A stretch of 62,607 nt of DNA from Candidatus Thorarchaeota archaeon (GCA_048883405.1 JBHLQS010000002.1:1-62607), one strand, 5' to 3'. Counted from the stretch's first letter, positions 18,060-27,823 are shown. A program made the numbers and translations. Notes: a model not told the origin generated them from the sequence alone.

Positions 18060-19016
18060 GTGTCTAATCCAATACTCGAGGTAACCATTTTGGATTTCAA
18101 AGGTAGAAGTTTTGTGGATCTATCAGATTTCAATAGAGATGAGCTGAGAGCATTTCTCGATAAAGCACATGAACTGAAACGCAAACAGAAGAATGGGGAG
18201 CCTCACCAGATTCTGAAGGGCAAGTCACTTGCCATGATTTTCATGAAGTCATCGACAAGGACGCGTGTTTCCTTTGAGGTGGGGATGACTCAGCTTGGAG
18301 GCCATGCACTCTATCTTCAGCCCAGTGGCACACAGCTTGGCAGGGGAGAAACGATTGCAGACACTGCCAAGGTCCTTAGCAGATATTGCGATGTTATTAT
18401 GGCGCGAGTATTTGGCCACAATGAAGTGACGGAATTGGCGGAACATGCCACGGTTCCCGTGATCAATGGTCTTTCTGACTACAACCACCCATGTCAAATC
18501 ATGGCTGACATGATGACAATCGAGGAACACAAGGGCAAACTAGAGGGACTCAAGATAGCATACGTCGGCGACTCAAACAATGTGAGCAATTCGATAATGC
18601 AGGGCTGCACCATAATGGGAATGGATGTCACGATTGGCTCTCCAAAAGGGTACACTCCCTCTGAGGAAATCATCAAGAAAGCTGATACATTGAGCAAGAC
18701 CTACAAAACAACCGTTGAAGTGGTGAATGACCCTTCTGATGCTGTGAAAGGAGCTGCTGTGATATACACTGACACCTTCTTCAGCATGGGTCAGGAGAGA
18801 TCTAAGGAGAAGGAAGACGCCTTAATGCCATTTCAAGTCAATAGGGCTCTTGTTGGCAAGGCAGGCAAAGATGTGATTGTGATGCACTGCTTGCCAGCTC
18901 ATCGTGACGAAGAACTGACCTCCGATATAATGGATGATACCAAGTATAGTGTTGTTTTTGACCAAGCAGAGAATCGTCTGCATGCCCAAAAGGGAATAAT
19001 GGCACTCATAGTGTAA
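18060..19016 (+). CDS. argF: ornithine carbamoyltransferase
   Basis: SSTRTRVSFE, HPCQIMAD, DTFFSMGQE, HCLPAHR. GTG start. Confidence 0.85.
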   Translation: MSNPILEVTILDFKGRSFVDLSDFNRDELRAFLDKAHELKRKQKNGEPHQILKGKSLAMIFMKSSTRTRVSFEVGMTQLGGHALYLQPSGTQLGRGETIADTAKVLSRYCDVIMARVFGHNEVTELAEHATVPVINGLSDYNHPCQIMADMMTIEEHKGKLEGLKIAYVGDSNNVSNSIMQGCTIMGMDVTIGSPKGYTPSEEIIKKADTLSKTYKTTVEVVNDPSDAVKGAAVIYTDTFFSMGQERSKEKEDALMPFQVNRALVGKAGKDVIVMHCLPAHRDEELTSDIMDDTKYSVVFDQAENRLHAQKGIMALIV

Positions 19017-19028
19017 GAGGCTGTAGAA

Positions 19029-20000
19029 TTGGTGCGAGAGATTGTTGCCGTGGGCAGAATCAATGTTGACGTAATTATGCGAGTCAGCAGGATTCCGGCA
19101 AAGAATGAGCATGTTACAAGTAGACAAGGTCTCATATCATTTGGCGGTTCTGCATCGAACTTCGCTGCCCAGACGGCTAGACTAGGCGTAGGCATAGGGA
19201 TAGTTGGTTGCGTTGGTGATGACTTCTATGGGCAACAAGCCTTGAAAGACCTATCAAGTGCTGGTGTAGACACCAGTTCAATCCTAGTCTTGGACAACCA
19301 ACCAACTGGCATATTCTTTCTGGCAGAGCAAAAGAATGGAGACAGAGTTGTTGTTTCAGAGCCAGGCGCAAATCGATTTCTAGAGAAACATGTCCTCGAT
19401 GAAGATTTTCTGATGAAATCTACAGTTGTTCATCTCGCTGGTGCATTTCCAATGATGACTTCTAGGATTCAAGAAGTTTCCACGGCGAATGGAATGATAT
19501 TCTCCTTTGATCCTGGAAGGGCTGCAGGCTCCTTGGACTTCAAATCAATCCTTCGAAGGACTGATCTTCTGTTTCTAAACCAAGGAGAGCTGCGCAACTA
19601 CTTCAAGATCAATCCGAATGAGAAGGCACTGAAAGCTCTTGCCAAGACGATTCCCGGAATTGTGATAGTCAAGAAGGGAGAGAAAGGCGCGGTTGCTACT
19701 GACGGGTTTGAATACTGCTCATCTCCGGTTTTCGATGTCCCTGCAATTGACACCTTGGGAGCTGGAGATGCTTTTGCAGCTGGTTTTGTCACAGCCTGGA
19801 CTCGATCAGAGAGGATTGAACAAGCGCTTCATGTCGGAAATGCCGTTGCGGCGCTAACAATAACTAAGGCAGGTGCTCAAAACGGACAGCCCACAATGGA
19901 TGAAACAGCTAAGCTTCTGAAGAAGAATGGAGTAGCAATTGACTCAGTATTGAGAACCTTCAAGCCCAAGAAACGCCGAAAGGGAAGGGGTAGGCGATAG
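19029..20000 (+). CDS. PfkB-family carbohydrate/nucleoside kinase with basic C-terminal tail
   Basis: GGSASNFA near the N-terminus and DTLGAGDAFAAGF near the C-terminus (PfkB signatures). Ends KPKKRRKGRGRR. Confidence 0.8.
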   Translation: MVREIVAVGRINVDVIMRVSRIPAKNEHVTSRQGLISFGGSASNFAAQTARLGVGIGIVGCVGDDFYGQQALKDLSSAGVDTSSILVLDNQPTGIFFLAEQKNGDRVVVSEPGANRFLEKHVLDEDFLMKSTVVHLAGAFPMMTSRIQEVSTANGMIFSFDPGRAAGSLDFKSILRRTDLLFLNQGELRNYFKINPNEKALKALAKTIPGIVIVKKGEKGAVATDGFEYCSSPVFDVPAIDTLGAGDAFAAGFVTAWTRSERIEQALHVGNAVAALTITKAGAQNGQPTMDETAKLLKKNGVAIDSVLRTFKPKKRRKGRGRR

Positions 20001-20082
20001 GCGGTATTACCGTCGTAGTATTCCACTTTTTCTTAGGAGAATACACCGATATTAGCACGGAACTGAAGGTGTGATCAAGCTT

Positions 20083-21264
20083 ATGCATCCATTACTAGAA
20101 GAGGTCCTTCGTACTGTGCCAACTGGAAACCGTGACACACAAACTGGTAAACCCTCTAAGACGACTTCTGCGAAATCTGCCACGACTGACGAGGATTTAG
20201 CTAGTCTTCTAGAGTCAGTCAGCGCAAGAATACTCGTAGTTGGAGTTGGCGGTGCTGGTAACAATGCAGTAACACGATTGATGCAAGTTGGAGTAGAGGG
20301 AGCAGAAACACTTGCAGCTAACACGGATGCACAGGACCTCTATTTCTGCAACTCAAATCATAAGCTGCTTCTTGGGAGGGACACCTGTGGAGGGCTCGGA
20401 GCTGGAAACGACCCTGATATAGGTGAAGCTGCGGCTCTAGAAACATATGAGGTCATTAAAGATGTGATTCGAGGCGACCTTGTGTTCATAACCGCTGGGA
20501 TGGGCGGTGGAACAGGAACAGGAGCTGCACCGCTCATTGCCAAAGCCGCACAAGAAAATGGTGCTCTGACAGTGGCTATTGTTTGTTTGCCATTTGAAGT
20601 TGAGGGTGATACAAGAAGGCGTAATGCACAGCGTGGTCTCAATGCAATCATGGAACACGTGGACACCCTGATAGCCATACCTAATGAGAAACTCCTAGAG
20701 ATTGCACCAGACCTTTCACTCCCTGAGGCCTTCATGGTAGCAGATGAGGTCCTGGTGAGAGCTGTAAAGGGCATCGCGGAATTGATCTCAAAGCCTGGAC
20801 TTGTGAACCTGGACTTTGCTGATGTCCGTACAACGATGAAGAATGGTGGCGTTTCAATCATCGCACTTGGCGAGGGAGAGGGAGAGAACAGAGCGGAAGA
20901 TGCTGTAATCAATGCTTTGAGGAACCCCTTGATCGAAGTTTCAATTGAGAACGCGCGTAACATTCTTGTCAATGTCAGTGGCAGCACTGACCTTCAGTTG
21001 TCTGAGGCAAAGCAAGTCGTACAACTGGTGACTGAGCAAGTGAATCCTGGAGTTGAGATAATCTATGGTGCATTAATCGATCCAGAACTTGAGAATCGAA
21101 TTCGTGTGACCATTATTGCATCTGGTGTGAACTCTCCATACGTTTTCGATAAGACTGAGAGAGTAATGCCTTTAGCAGATGACCTCAAGACGGGCTTGGG
21201 ACTTCAGAGGTTGGATGAATCCGACGTGGACAATCAGGAAGGATTAAAAGAAGACGCGGACTGA
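20083..21264 (+). CDS. ftsZ: cell division GTPase FtsZ
   Basis: VVGVGGAGNNAV, AGMGGGTGTGAAP (tubulin signature), NLDFADV. ATG 20083 with GAAGGTG upstream; GTG 20071 is an alternative. Confidence 0.95.
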   Translation: MHPLLEEVLRTVPTGNRDTQTGKPSKTTSAKSATTDEDLASLLESVSARILVVGVGGAGNNAVTRLMQVGVEGAETLAANTDAQDLYFCNSNHKLLLGRDTCGGLGAGNDPDIGEAAALETYEVIKDVIRGDLVFITAGMGGGTGTGAAPLIAKAAQENGALTVAIVCLPFEVEGDTRRRNAQRGLNAIMEHVDTLIAIPNEKLLEIAPDLSLPEAFMVADEVLVRAVKGIAELISKPGLVNLDFADVRTTMKNGGVSIIALGEGEGENRAEDAVINALRNPLIEVSIENARNILVNVSGSTDLQLSEAKQVVQLVTEQVNPGVEIIYGALIDPELENRIRVTIIASGVNSPYVFDKTERVMPLADDLKTGLGLQRLDESDVDNQEGLKEDAD

Positions 21265-21314
21265 GAGCAGTCGAATCCTATCTGAGAGATTCAGACACCA
21301 GGATGTGAACACAC

Positions 21315-21530
21315 TTGGGCATTACTGAATTCATACGAGAGAGCAGACGTATCCTAAAGCTAGCTACCAAGCCATCCAGGACGGAACTCTGGACAAGCAC
21401 CAAGATCACGCTATTAGCCATGGTTCTAGTTGGTCTGCTCAGCTTCATTGTCCAAATCTTCATGACCACGATTACTAGCGATTGGGGTACCGAAAGCTGG
21501 ATACGGGCATCATTGGTCGGGATATTATAG
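21315..21530 (+). CDS. secE: preprotein translocase SecE / Sec61-gamma
   Basis: EFIRESRRILKLATKPSRTELWTSTKITLLAMVLVGLLSFIV. Precedes Spt5 as usual; TTG start. Confidence 0.85.
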   Translation: MGITEFIRESRRILKLATKPSRTELWTSTKITLLAMVLVGLLSFIVQIFMTTITSDWGTESWIRASLVGIL

Positions 21531-21574
21531 TCCCCAGCCCATCCTGCAGCAGAACATATCAAGGGGGTTTCTAG

Positions 21575-22252
21575 TTGGAGCCAAAAAGCAGCATTTACGC
21601 GGTTCGTACTACTATAGGACAGGAGAAGGGCGTTACAGACCTCATAACCACTGCAGTCATAGGTGAAACAGATGTCTGGGCGTGTCCTTTCTGTTCTGAG
21701 GAGTTTTCTTCCAAGAAAGCTACCCTAGAGCACATGAAAAGCTGCAAGAAGAAGAAAAAGAAGACAGGAGAGCCCAAATTGGTATCCACCAACCAGCTTC
21801 TGGGACGTGTCAAGGCAATTCTGGTACCTGAAACTCTTCGAGGCTATGTTTTTCTCGAAACCCTGGAATTCAGAGATGTGGAGATTGCTATTTCTGGTGT
21901 ACCTCATGTTAGAGGCCGTGTAGGTGGTAAGGTCAGCTTTGATGAGATTGACAAGTTCCTAGTGCCAAAGCCAGCCGCTGAAGGGATTTCAACAGGAGAT
22001 GTTGTAGAGATCATTTCTGGACCATTCAAGGGAGAGCGAGCCAAGGTAGCACGAGTGGATGCGGCAAAAGAGGAACTCATTCTGGAGCTGTTGGACAGCC
22101 CACACACTATTCCCATACGTGTCCACGCAGACTTTGCCAAAATAGTTGAGAAAGCACATCGTGAGGAAGAGGCTGAGGTCGCTGAGGAAGAAGAGGGCTT
22201 AGCTAAAGAGAAAGATGGTGATTTGGAAGACGACTCTTTCTGGGCTCAATAG
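21575..22252 (+). CDS. spt5: transcription elongation factor Spt5 (NusG) with zinc-finger insertion and acidic tail
   Basis: NGN (IYAVRTTIGQEKGV…LRGYVFLE…VRG) and KOW (GDVVEIISGPFKGERAKV). ~45-aa insert CPFCSEEFSSKKATLEHMKSCKKKKKK; C-terminal EEEAEVAEEEEG…. Confidence 0.9.
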   Translation: MEPKSSIYAVRTTIGQEKGVTDLITTAVIGETDVWACPFCSEEFSSKKATLEHMKSCKKKKKKTGEPKLVSTNQLLGRVKAILVPETLRGYVFLETLEFRDVEIAISGVPHVRGRVGGKVSFDEIDKFLVPKPAAEGISTGDVVEIISGPFKGERAKVARVDAAKEELILELLDSPHTIPIRVHADFAKIVEKAHREEEAEVAEEEEGLAKEKDGDLEDDSFWAQ

Positions 22253-22478
22253 ACAGCTTGATCCTTCCATCCACTCCAAAACGCTTAAAACATTCTAGAT
22301 ATGCGGTCGAGTCATCTCCTTAATTGGACATAGACGCAAGACGTCGTGTCTGGGGTGAAGAAAGTGACAATGAATGCAGTAGACCGAGCTGGACAGAGTA
22401 CTACTTGTGCCGGTAGGTCGACCATAATCGGGGTGTCTGAGGACCCGCCGGGATTACTGCATCAGGAGTTGTGAAGAA

Positions 22479-22985
22479 TTGAGCGAAACTAAGCCAATTA
22501 TTGTAGAGGCAATGGTAGAAGGTGGCAAAGCATCCGGAGGACCACCAATTGGGCCAGCTCTTGGACCTACAGGTGTCAACATATTCCAAGTCGTCACCAA
22601 GATCAATGAGGTCACTGAAGCCTATGCTGGTCTCAAAGTACCTGTGAAAATCACTGTCAACCCAAATGACAAGAGCTTCACAGTTGATGTGGGAACTCCA
22701 CCTACTAGCGCACTGATCTTGAAAGAAATTGGTCAACCAAAGGGCTCGGGTGAGCCAAACACAAACATCATCGGGAACCTCACCATTGACCAGCTAAAGT
22801 CAGTTGCAAAGGGTAAAGCGAGTGACATCTCCGCGCTTAGCATGAAGAGTGCAGCTTTGATTGTATCTGGCACCTGTGTTTCAATGGGTGTCACTGTGGA
22901 AGGAAAGACAGCTAAGGAGTTCCAGCAGGAAGTCAAAGATGGTGTCTGGGACAGCCAGCTGGACGAACCGCTCAGGGAGGGCTAA
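22479..22985 (+). CDS. rpl11: 50S ribosomal protein uL11
   Basis: GGKASGGPPIGPALGPTGVN…PPTSALILKE. Confidence 0.95.
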   Translation: MSETKPIIVEAMVEGGKASGGPPIGPALGPTGVNIFQVVTKINEVTEAYAGLKVPVKITVNPNDKSFTVDVGTPPTSALILKEIGQPKGSGEPNTNIIGNLTIDQLKSVAKGKASDISALSMKSAALIVSGTCVSMGVTVEGKTAKEFQQEVKDGVWDSQLDEPLREG

Positions 22986-22988
22986 TCT

Positions 22989-23651
22989 ATGTCGGTCAAA
23001 GTTGAACCCATAGAGGCCGCAGTCGCTGAGGCGAGGAAACTGGGAACGACAAAGAAAAGGAAGTTCAAGCAGAGCTTTGATGTTGCTGTCAACTTCAGAA
23101 AGAAGGAACTTGATGTTACCAAGCCAGAGAATCGATTCAATCAGGAGGTTGTGCTCCCTAATGCGATGTTTCCACCTGCAAAAGTATGCGCCTTTGGCGA
23201 TGGTGAGTTCGCGGAAAATGCCACGGCTGCTGGAGTTCAGAGAGTCGTGTCAAAGGACGAAATCCCAAAGCTTGGCGATGAGAAGAAGGAGAGAAAGGCC
23301 TTAGCAAAGGGCTTCGACTTCTTCATTGCAGCAGTAGACGCGATGCCCCTCGTGGGTCGTTACCTAGGACAGGCATTGGGGCCCAGAGGGAAGATGCCAA
23401 GACCTTTCCCACCACAAGCAGACCTCGGTCCTGTGGTAGAGCAGTATCAACGGACTGTCCGAGTAAGGATGAGGAACACTCCAACTTTCCACGTCAAGGT
23501 TGGTCATGTAAACATGGCTGACAAAGAGATTGCTGACAACATTGCGGCAGTTCTGAGCTTCGTGGACAGCAAAGGATTCCTGGACCGCGTCGGTAGCGTG
23601 CTCGTCAAGAGCACAATGGGACCAACAGTCAAAGTACCAATCGAGAGGTGA
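22989..23651 (+). CDS. rpl1: 50S ribosomal protein uL1
   Basis: FKQSFDVAVNF… GKMPRPFPP… VRVRMRNTPTFHVKVGH. Confidence 0.95.
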   Translation: MSVKVEPIEAAVAEARKLGTTKKRKFKQSFDVAVNFRKKELDVTKPENRFNQEVVLPNAMFPPAKVCAFGDGEFAENATAAGVQRVVSKDEIPKLGDEKKERKALAKGFDFFIAAVDAMPLVGRYLGQALGPRGKMPRPFPPQADLGPVVEQYQRTVRVRMRNTPTFHVKVGHVNMADKEIADNIAAVLSFVDSKGFLDRVGSVLVKSTMGPTVKVPIER

Positions 23652-24667
23652 TTGAAACGTCAGTTTACGAGAAAACAATTCCACAATGGAAACTTGACAA
23701 AGTGGCTGAGCTCGCCGCCCGAATTGACGGGAGCGGGATGATTGGTCTTGTGAATGTGGAGGGTGTTGGAGCTAGGCAACTCTCGGGAATCAGAGAGAGC
23801 CTGAGAGGCTCGGCCACTATGATGATGGCACGGAATACACTGATGATTAGGGCTCTTGAAGCAGCTAAGAAGAAGGGAATAAAGGATCTCATAGAGCATG
23901 TCACAGGCCCTGTAGCCTTCATGTTCAGCAATCAGGACCCATTCGTTCTGACAAAGTTCCTTGGTGAGAACAAGGCTGCGGCACCAGCCAAAGGCGGTCA
24001 GATTGCACCAAAGGACATCATTGTTCCAGCCATGAATACGGGTGTTGCTCCTGGTCCATTCATCAGCGAGCTGGCTGCATTGAAGATTCCAGCTCGGGTA
24101 AAAGGAGGAGTCATTCATATCACTGATGACACCGTTGCTGTTAAGGCTGGAGATGTGATCTCAAACGCTATGGCGCAGATGTTAACAAGACTGGGAATCG
24201 AACCCATGGAACTCCAGCTGAAGCTCATAGCAGCATATGCTGATGGAGCGGTAATGATTGGTGACAGTCTTGAGATTGACCTGAGTGGTCTGTTGTCACA
24301 GGTCATAGCAGGACACCAGTACGCGGTCAATCTTTCGATAAACATCGGATACCCCACGGTAGAAACGATGCCAATGCTGCTTGCTAAGGCTAGTATTGAA
24401 GCCAAGAGACTGACTATGGAGATAGGCTTCTTCGAGCCAGATATGATTGGCGAGTTCTTAGCCAAGGCAAACTCAGAAGCGTTTGCGCTTGCAGCAATAA
24501 TCTCTGAGAAAGACCCAGACGCAATATCCTCCGAAGCCCTTAGCCAAGTTCAGGCTGCTGCTGCGTCAGCTACAGTGGCTCCAACAGAGGAGCCAGAGAA
24601 ACCTGAGGAGGTTGAGAAGGAAGAGGAGGAGGAAGAAGTTGCAGGCCTCGGCGGCCTGTTTGGATAA
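23648..24667 (+). CDS. rplP0: 50S ribosomal stalk protein P0 (uL10)
   Basis: IPQWKLDKVAELA…; C-terminal EEPEKPEEVEKEEEEEEVAGLGGLFG. GTG start overlaps the uL1 stop. Confidence 0.95.
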   Translation: MIETSVYEKTIPQWKLDKVAELAARIDGSGMIGLVNVEGVGARQLSGIRESLRGSATMMMARNTLMIRALEAAKKKGIKDLIEHVTGPVAFMFSNQDPFVLTKFLGENKAAAPAKGGQIAPKDIIVPAMNTGVAPGPFISELAALKIPARVKGGVIHITDDTVAVKAGDVISNAMAQMLTRLGIEPMELQLKLIAAYADGAVMIGDSLEIDLSGLLSQVIAGHQYAVNLSINIGYPTVETMPMLLAKASIEAKRLTMEIGFFEPDMIGEFLAKANSEAFALAAIISEKDPDAISSEALSQVQAAAASATVAPTEEPEKPEEVEKEEEEEEVAGLGGLFG

Positions 24668-24688
24668 ATAATAGCGAGGTAGATAGTA

Positions 24689-24994
24689 ATGGAGTACGTA
24701 TATACAGCACTTCTGCTCCACAAAGCAGGCCAGAAGGTCAACGCCAAGAACATGGAAGCTGTACTCACCGCTGCAGGTGTGGAGGCTGACAAGGGCAGAA
24801 TCAAGGCACTTCTTGCAGCCTTGAAGGATGTTGACATTGATGAGGCTTTGAAGGGTGCAGCTATGCCTATGGCTGTGGCTGCAGCTCCTGCGGCTGGTGG
24901 CGCTGCTGAAGCGGCCCCTGCTAAAGAGGAGAAGAAGGAAGAAGAGGAAGAGGAAGAAGAGGTCACTGCTGGTCTCGGTAGCCTCTTTGGTTAG
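24689..24994 (+). CDS. rpl12: 50S ribosomal stalk protein P1 (aL12)
   Basis: [26 protein letters not shown]…[22 protein letters not shown]. Confidence 0.95.
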   Translation: MEYVYTALLLHKAGQKVNAKNMEAVLTAAGVEADKGRIKALLAALKDVDIDEALKGAAMPMAVAAAPAAGGAAEAAPAKEEKKEEEEEEEEVTAGLGSLFG

Positions 24995-25015
24995 AGTGGA
25001 GTCCGGTCTTCGGTC

Positions 25016-25075
25016 AATCCCTCTAGTGAGAGGGCGGACAGGTCGCGAGCCTGTTCGCTCATCAACGTTTTTTGT
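25016..25075 (+). terminator. probable transcript end of the stalk operon
   Basis: Two hairpins (CCCTCT-AGTG-AGAGGG; ACAGG-TCGCGAG-CCTGT), then a T6 run at 25068-25073. Confidence 0.4.
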
Positions 25076-25123
25076 CTGATTTGACCCACAAAAACATATG
25101 CCGCCGAATCAAGAGAAGACAAC

Positions 25124-25912
25124 GTGAAGATTGTATATCATCCCCTAATGCGCAAGTCATATGACGGAACCCCTGCAGGTGCATCTGGCAGACTGGACAC
25201 GGCCATTGAGATTCTAAGCAAGCATCCGGAATACGAGTTAGTTGAGCCAAGTCCTGCTACAGATGAGCAAATTCTACGAGCTCATGGTCCAGGACATCTG
25301 GATGAGGTAAGACGAGATAATGACTACACACGCCAGGGACTCCTCTACGAGATGGCTGCGCTTGCTGCTGGTGGAGCCATTATGACTGGCGAGATTGCAG
25401 TGGAAGGCAAGCCTGCCTTCGGACTGATACGGCCTCCAGGTCACCATGCATCGTGGGACAGTTATTGGGGATACTGCTATCACAACAACATTGCAGTGTC
25501 ACTCCTGCATCTCAAGGCCCTGGGGAAGATCAAAACTGCGTTCATTCTGGACTTTGACCTTCACACTGGAGACGGTAATATCAATATCTTGGGAGATGAT
25601 GAGGATTATGTCATCTATAATCCTCGAGGGCATGGAGATGATACCTATCTGACAGATGTGAAACGGGCTCTGGAGTCCAGTCCCGATGTAGACATTATTG
25701 TCGCTTCGGCTGGATTTGATCAGTATATCGACGACTGGGGAAGCAATCTCTCAACGGATGCTTTCAGGAGTATTGGCAGGATGATGTATGATTTTGCCAT
25801 GGAGAGATGTGAAGGCAGGAGATATGGCCTCCTGGAGGGAGGTTATAACTTCAAGGATCTTGGAAAGAACGTTCTTGCCTTTTGTGATGGCCTAAGATTA
25901 GGGACGGATTAA
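25124..25912 (+). CDS. histone deacetylase / acetylpolyamine amidohydrolase family protein
   Basis: RPPGHHA, LDFDLHTGDGN, LEGGYN (arginase/deacetylase fold motifs). GTG start. Confidence 0.8.
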   Translation: MKIVYHPLMRKSYDGTPAGASGRLDTAIEILSKHPEYELVEPSPATDEQILRAHGPGHLDEVRRDNDYTRQGLLYEMAALAAGGAIMTGEIAVEGKPAFGLIRPPGHHASWDSYWGYCYHNNIAVSLLHLKALGKIKTAFILDFDLHTGDGNINILGDDEDYVIYNPRGHGDDTYLTDVKRALESSPDVDIIVASAGFDQYIDDWGSNLSTDAFRSIGRMMYDFAMERCEGRRYGLLEGGYNFKDLGKNVLAFCDGLRLGTD

Positions 25913-25968
25913 ACTCTAGCCTTGATATTCATGGTGACCTTAAATTACAGGGCTATGACTCACTGCTG

Positions 25969-26226
25969 GTGAGAGGCTTGCGACTATTTAATCTCCTTAG
26001 TCCACTATCAAACTTTGTAAGCATGGTAGCGACATATTTGGCCGAGATCTGGGACTTTCTGATCTTTCTAGGGAGGGTTTCAGGAGTAATTGTCATCCTT
26101 GTTGGGGCGATTCTATGGTTCACTGAGGTCAATCCCGGGCGGGGCAAGGGATTGGTCGCCAGTGGGATACTCCTCTCAATAGTGGTACAGTACTTCGTGA
26201 TGTATCCACCATCATTCGTACTCTGA
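25969..26226 (+). CDS. small two-TM membrane protein
   Basis: 85-aa ORF (or 67 aa from ATG 26023) with two hydrophobic helices. No motif recognised. Confidence 0.35.
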   Translation: MRGLRLFNLLSPLSNFVSMVATYLAEIWDFLIFLGRVSGVIVILVGAILWFTEVNPGRGKGLVASGILLSIVVQYFVMYPPSFVL

Positions 26227-26373
26227 CCTCATAACAACCGCAGTTTCACACACACCTGCTAGGCTCGAGGGCACTCTGCTCTCGGGCCACTTTCTTTAAG
26301 GCCCACGTGCTATCATTCGAGGAAACTATGCAATTCCAATAAGTTTATTAATTATAGTTTATTTTGGAAATTT

Positions 26374-27183
26374 ATGTCAAAGATAAATCCAATCTACTTG
26401 CAGATTGCCAATGTGGTGGCGGTTGTAGGGAGTACGGTGTTCAATGCATTGGTGAACATTCTACCTCTCAACGGGATAACTACTGCCGAGGTTTCAAATG
26501 CATACCCGAACCTCTTCACGCCGGCAAACTACGTGTTCTCAATTTGGGGAGTAATCTACACATTACTATTCGTGTTCATGTTCTATCAGATACGAACGAG
26601 TCAACGCGACTCACAATACCTTCAGGATATTGGATTCCTGTATCTACTCAGTGCTGTGATAAACATCGCTTGGCTCACTGTATTTCATTATTCATATCCA
26701 CCCCCCAATGACCTGATCATCCTCACTGCAGTTCCCATCTTCGGACTGTTTCTGACGCTTCTCTACATCTACCTGCGATTGGGTGTCGGAGTGAGAGAGG
26801 CATCAAGAGGCGTGAAACTTGCAGTCCATTTGCCCCTGAGCGTCTATCTCGGGTGGCTATCGGTCGCAACAATTGCAAATACCGCGTCTATCCTCAATTA
26901 TCTTGGGAGGAGTCCAGGGATACCAATCCCGATTCAGGAAACGTGGACTGCGTTAGTGATGGTGGTTGCATTCCTCATCACGTTTCTGATGTTGGTCAGA
27001 AGAAGAGACTTTGCCTTCGGTTTTGTGGTAATCTGGGCCACGATAGGGATTGCAGTGAAGCAAGCCGCGTCCCCCCTGATCTACTTCACTGCGTTGGGAG
27101 TTGCAGTCGCGATTCTTATACTCATTATTCTGCTGCCATTGTTGAAAAGAGAGGGTTTTTCAAAGTACTATATGATGAGCTGA
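26374..27183 (+). CDS. polytopic membrane protein (possibly TspO/MBR-related)
   Basis: About 8 hydrophobic segments. N-terminal NGITTAEVSNAYPNLFTPANYVFSIWGVIY resembles long TspO-like proteins; weak call. Confidence 0.4.
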   Translation: MSKINPIYLQIANVVAVVGSTVFNALVNILPLNGITTAEVSNAYPNLFTPANYVFSIWGVIYTLLFVFMFYQIRTSQRDSQYLQDIGFLYLLSAVINIAWLTVFHYSYPPPNDLIILTAVPIFGLFLTLLYIYLRLGVGVREASRGVKLAVHLPLSVYLGWLSVATIANTASILNYLGRSPGIPIPIQETWTALVMVVAFLITFLMLVRRRDFAFGFVVIWATIGIAVKQAASPLIYFTALGVAVAILILIILLPLLKREGFSKYYMMS

Positions 27184-27309
27184 AACACAAAGCGTTGGGC
27201 AAGTCTTCGCTCAGCGCTCCTCTTTCCCTTGCAACATGAGGGAAAAATGAACCAGTGAGTATATCACCCACCTCAACCTAAGATTCCGAAAACTGTTGAG
27301 ATAGAAGGG

Positions 27310-27774
27310 ATGAAGATGACAGGAAGACAAATGGATCAAGAAACTCAGGAGAAGCTAACACAGTTGTTCAATTCTCAACTGATAGCTGTATTGGGCACCT
27401 CAAGTGATGATGATCCATATACTTGTCTTGTGGGGTTTAGGTTCACTTCGGACCTCAGGAATGTCATTTTTGCAACCATGAGAGATCGCTTGAAGTATCG
27501 CCAAATCAGTTCAAACCCCAGAGTTTCATTAATCATCGATGATCGGAAGAATTCTCCTTCGGACTTCAGTCACGCCACATCGGCGACAATAATAGGCACT
27601 GCAATAGACACTGAAGAACCAGAGCGCGGAATGTTTGCAGACATGTTGGTTGAGAAACATCCATTCTTAACCGACTTCGTAAAGGATTCCAACTGTGCCA
27701 TTATGAAAGTCATGGTCGAGAAGATGTATGTTGTTGGTGATTTTGAGAGAGTGCAGAAAATCAACATGGCATAG
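27310..27774 (+). CDS. pyridoxamine 5'-phosphate oxidase-like FMN-binding split-barrel protein
   Basis: LIAVLGTSSDDDPYTCLVGF…NPRVSLIIDD pattern. Confidence 0.55.
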   Translation: MKMTGRQMDQETQEKLTQLFNSQLIAVLGTSSDDDPYTCLVGFRFTSDLRNVIFATMRDRLKYRQISSNPRVSLIIDDRKNSPSDFSHATSATIIGTAIDTEEPERGMFADMLVEKHPFLTDFVKDSNCAIMKVMVEKMYVVGDFERVQKINMA

Positions 27775-27793
27775 TCTCGCCCAACCAATTCTC

Positions 27794-27799
27794 TTTTAA
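27794..27799 (+). promoter_or_regulatory. TATA-like box for tRNA-Arg
   Basis: TTTTAA 25-30 nt upstream of the tRNA 5' end. Confidence 0.35.
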
Positions 27800-27823
27800 G
27801 AATGTGAAAATGTGAAACAATTA

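Noticed and set aside
20358-20987. 209-aa ORF antisense to ftsZ
   Set aside because: It lies entirely inside the strongly conserved FtsZ frame. It has a Ser/Ala/Pro-rich, low-information composition typical of antisense shadows.
24550-24966. 138-aa Ser/Ala-rich ORF antisense to the P0/P1 tails
   Set aside because: It is the complement of the GAA/GAG-rich acidic tails and Ala-rich hinges. This is a low-complexity artefact.
25124-25912. HDAC-like protein with DFDLHTGDG instead of D-x-D-x-H-H-G
   Set aside because: The substituted residue is the second His. The metal-ligand Asp/His positions, the RPPGHHA dyad and EGGY Tyr are present, so there is no basis to call it inactive.
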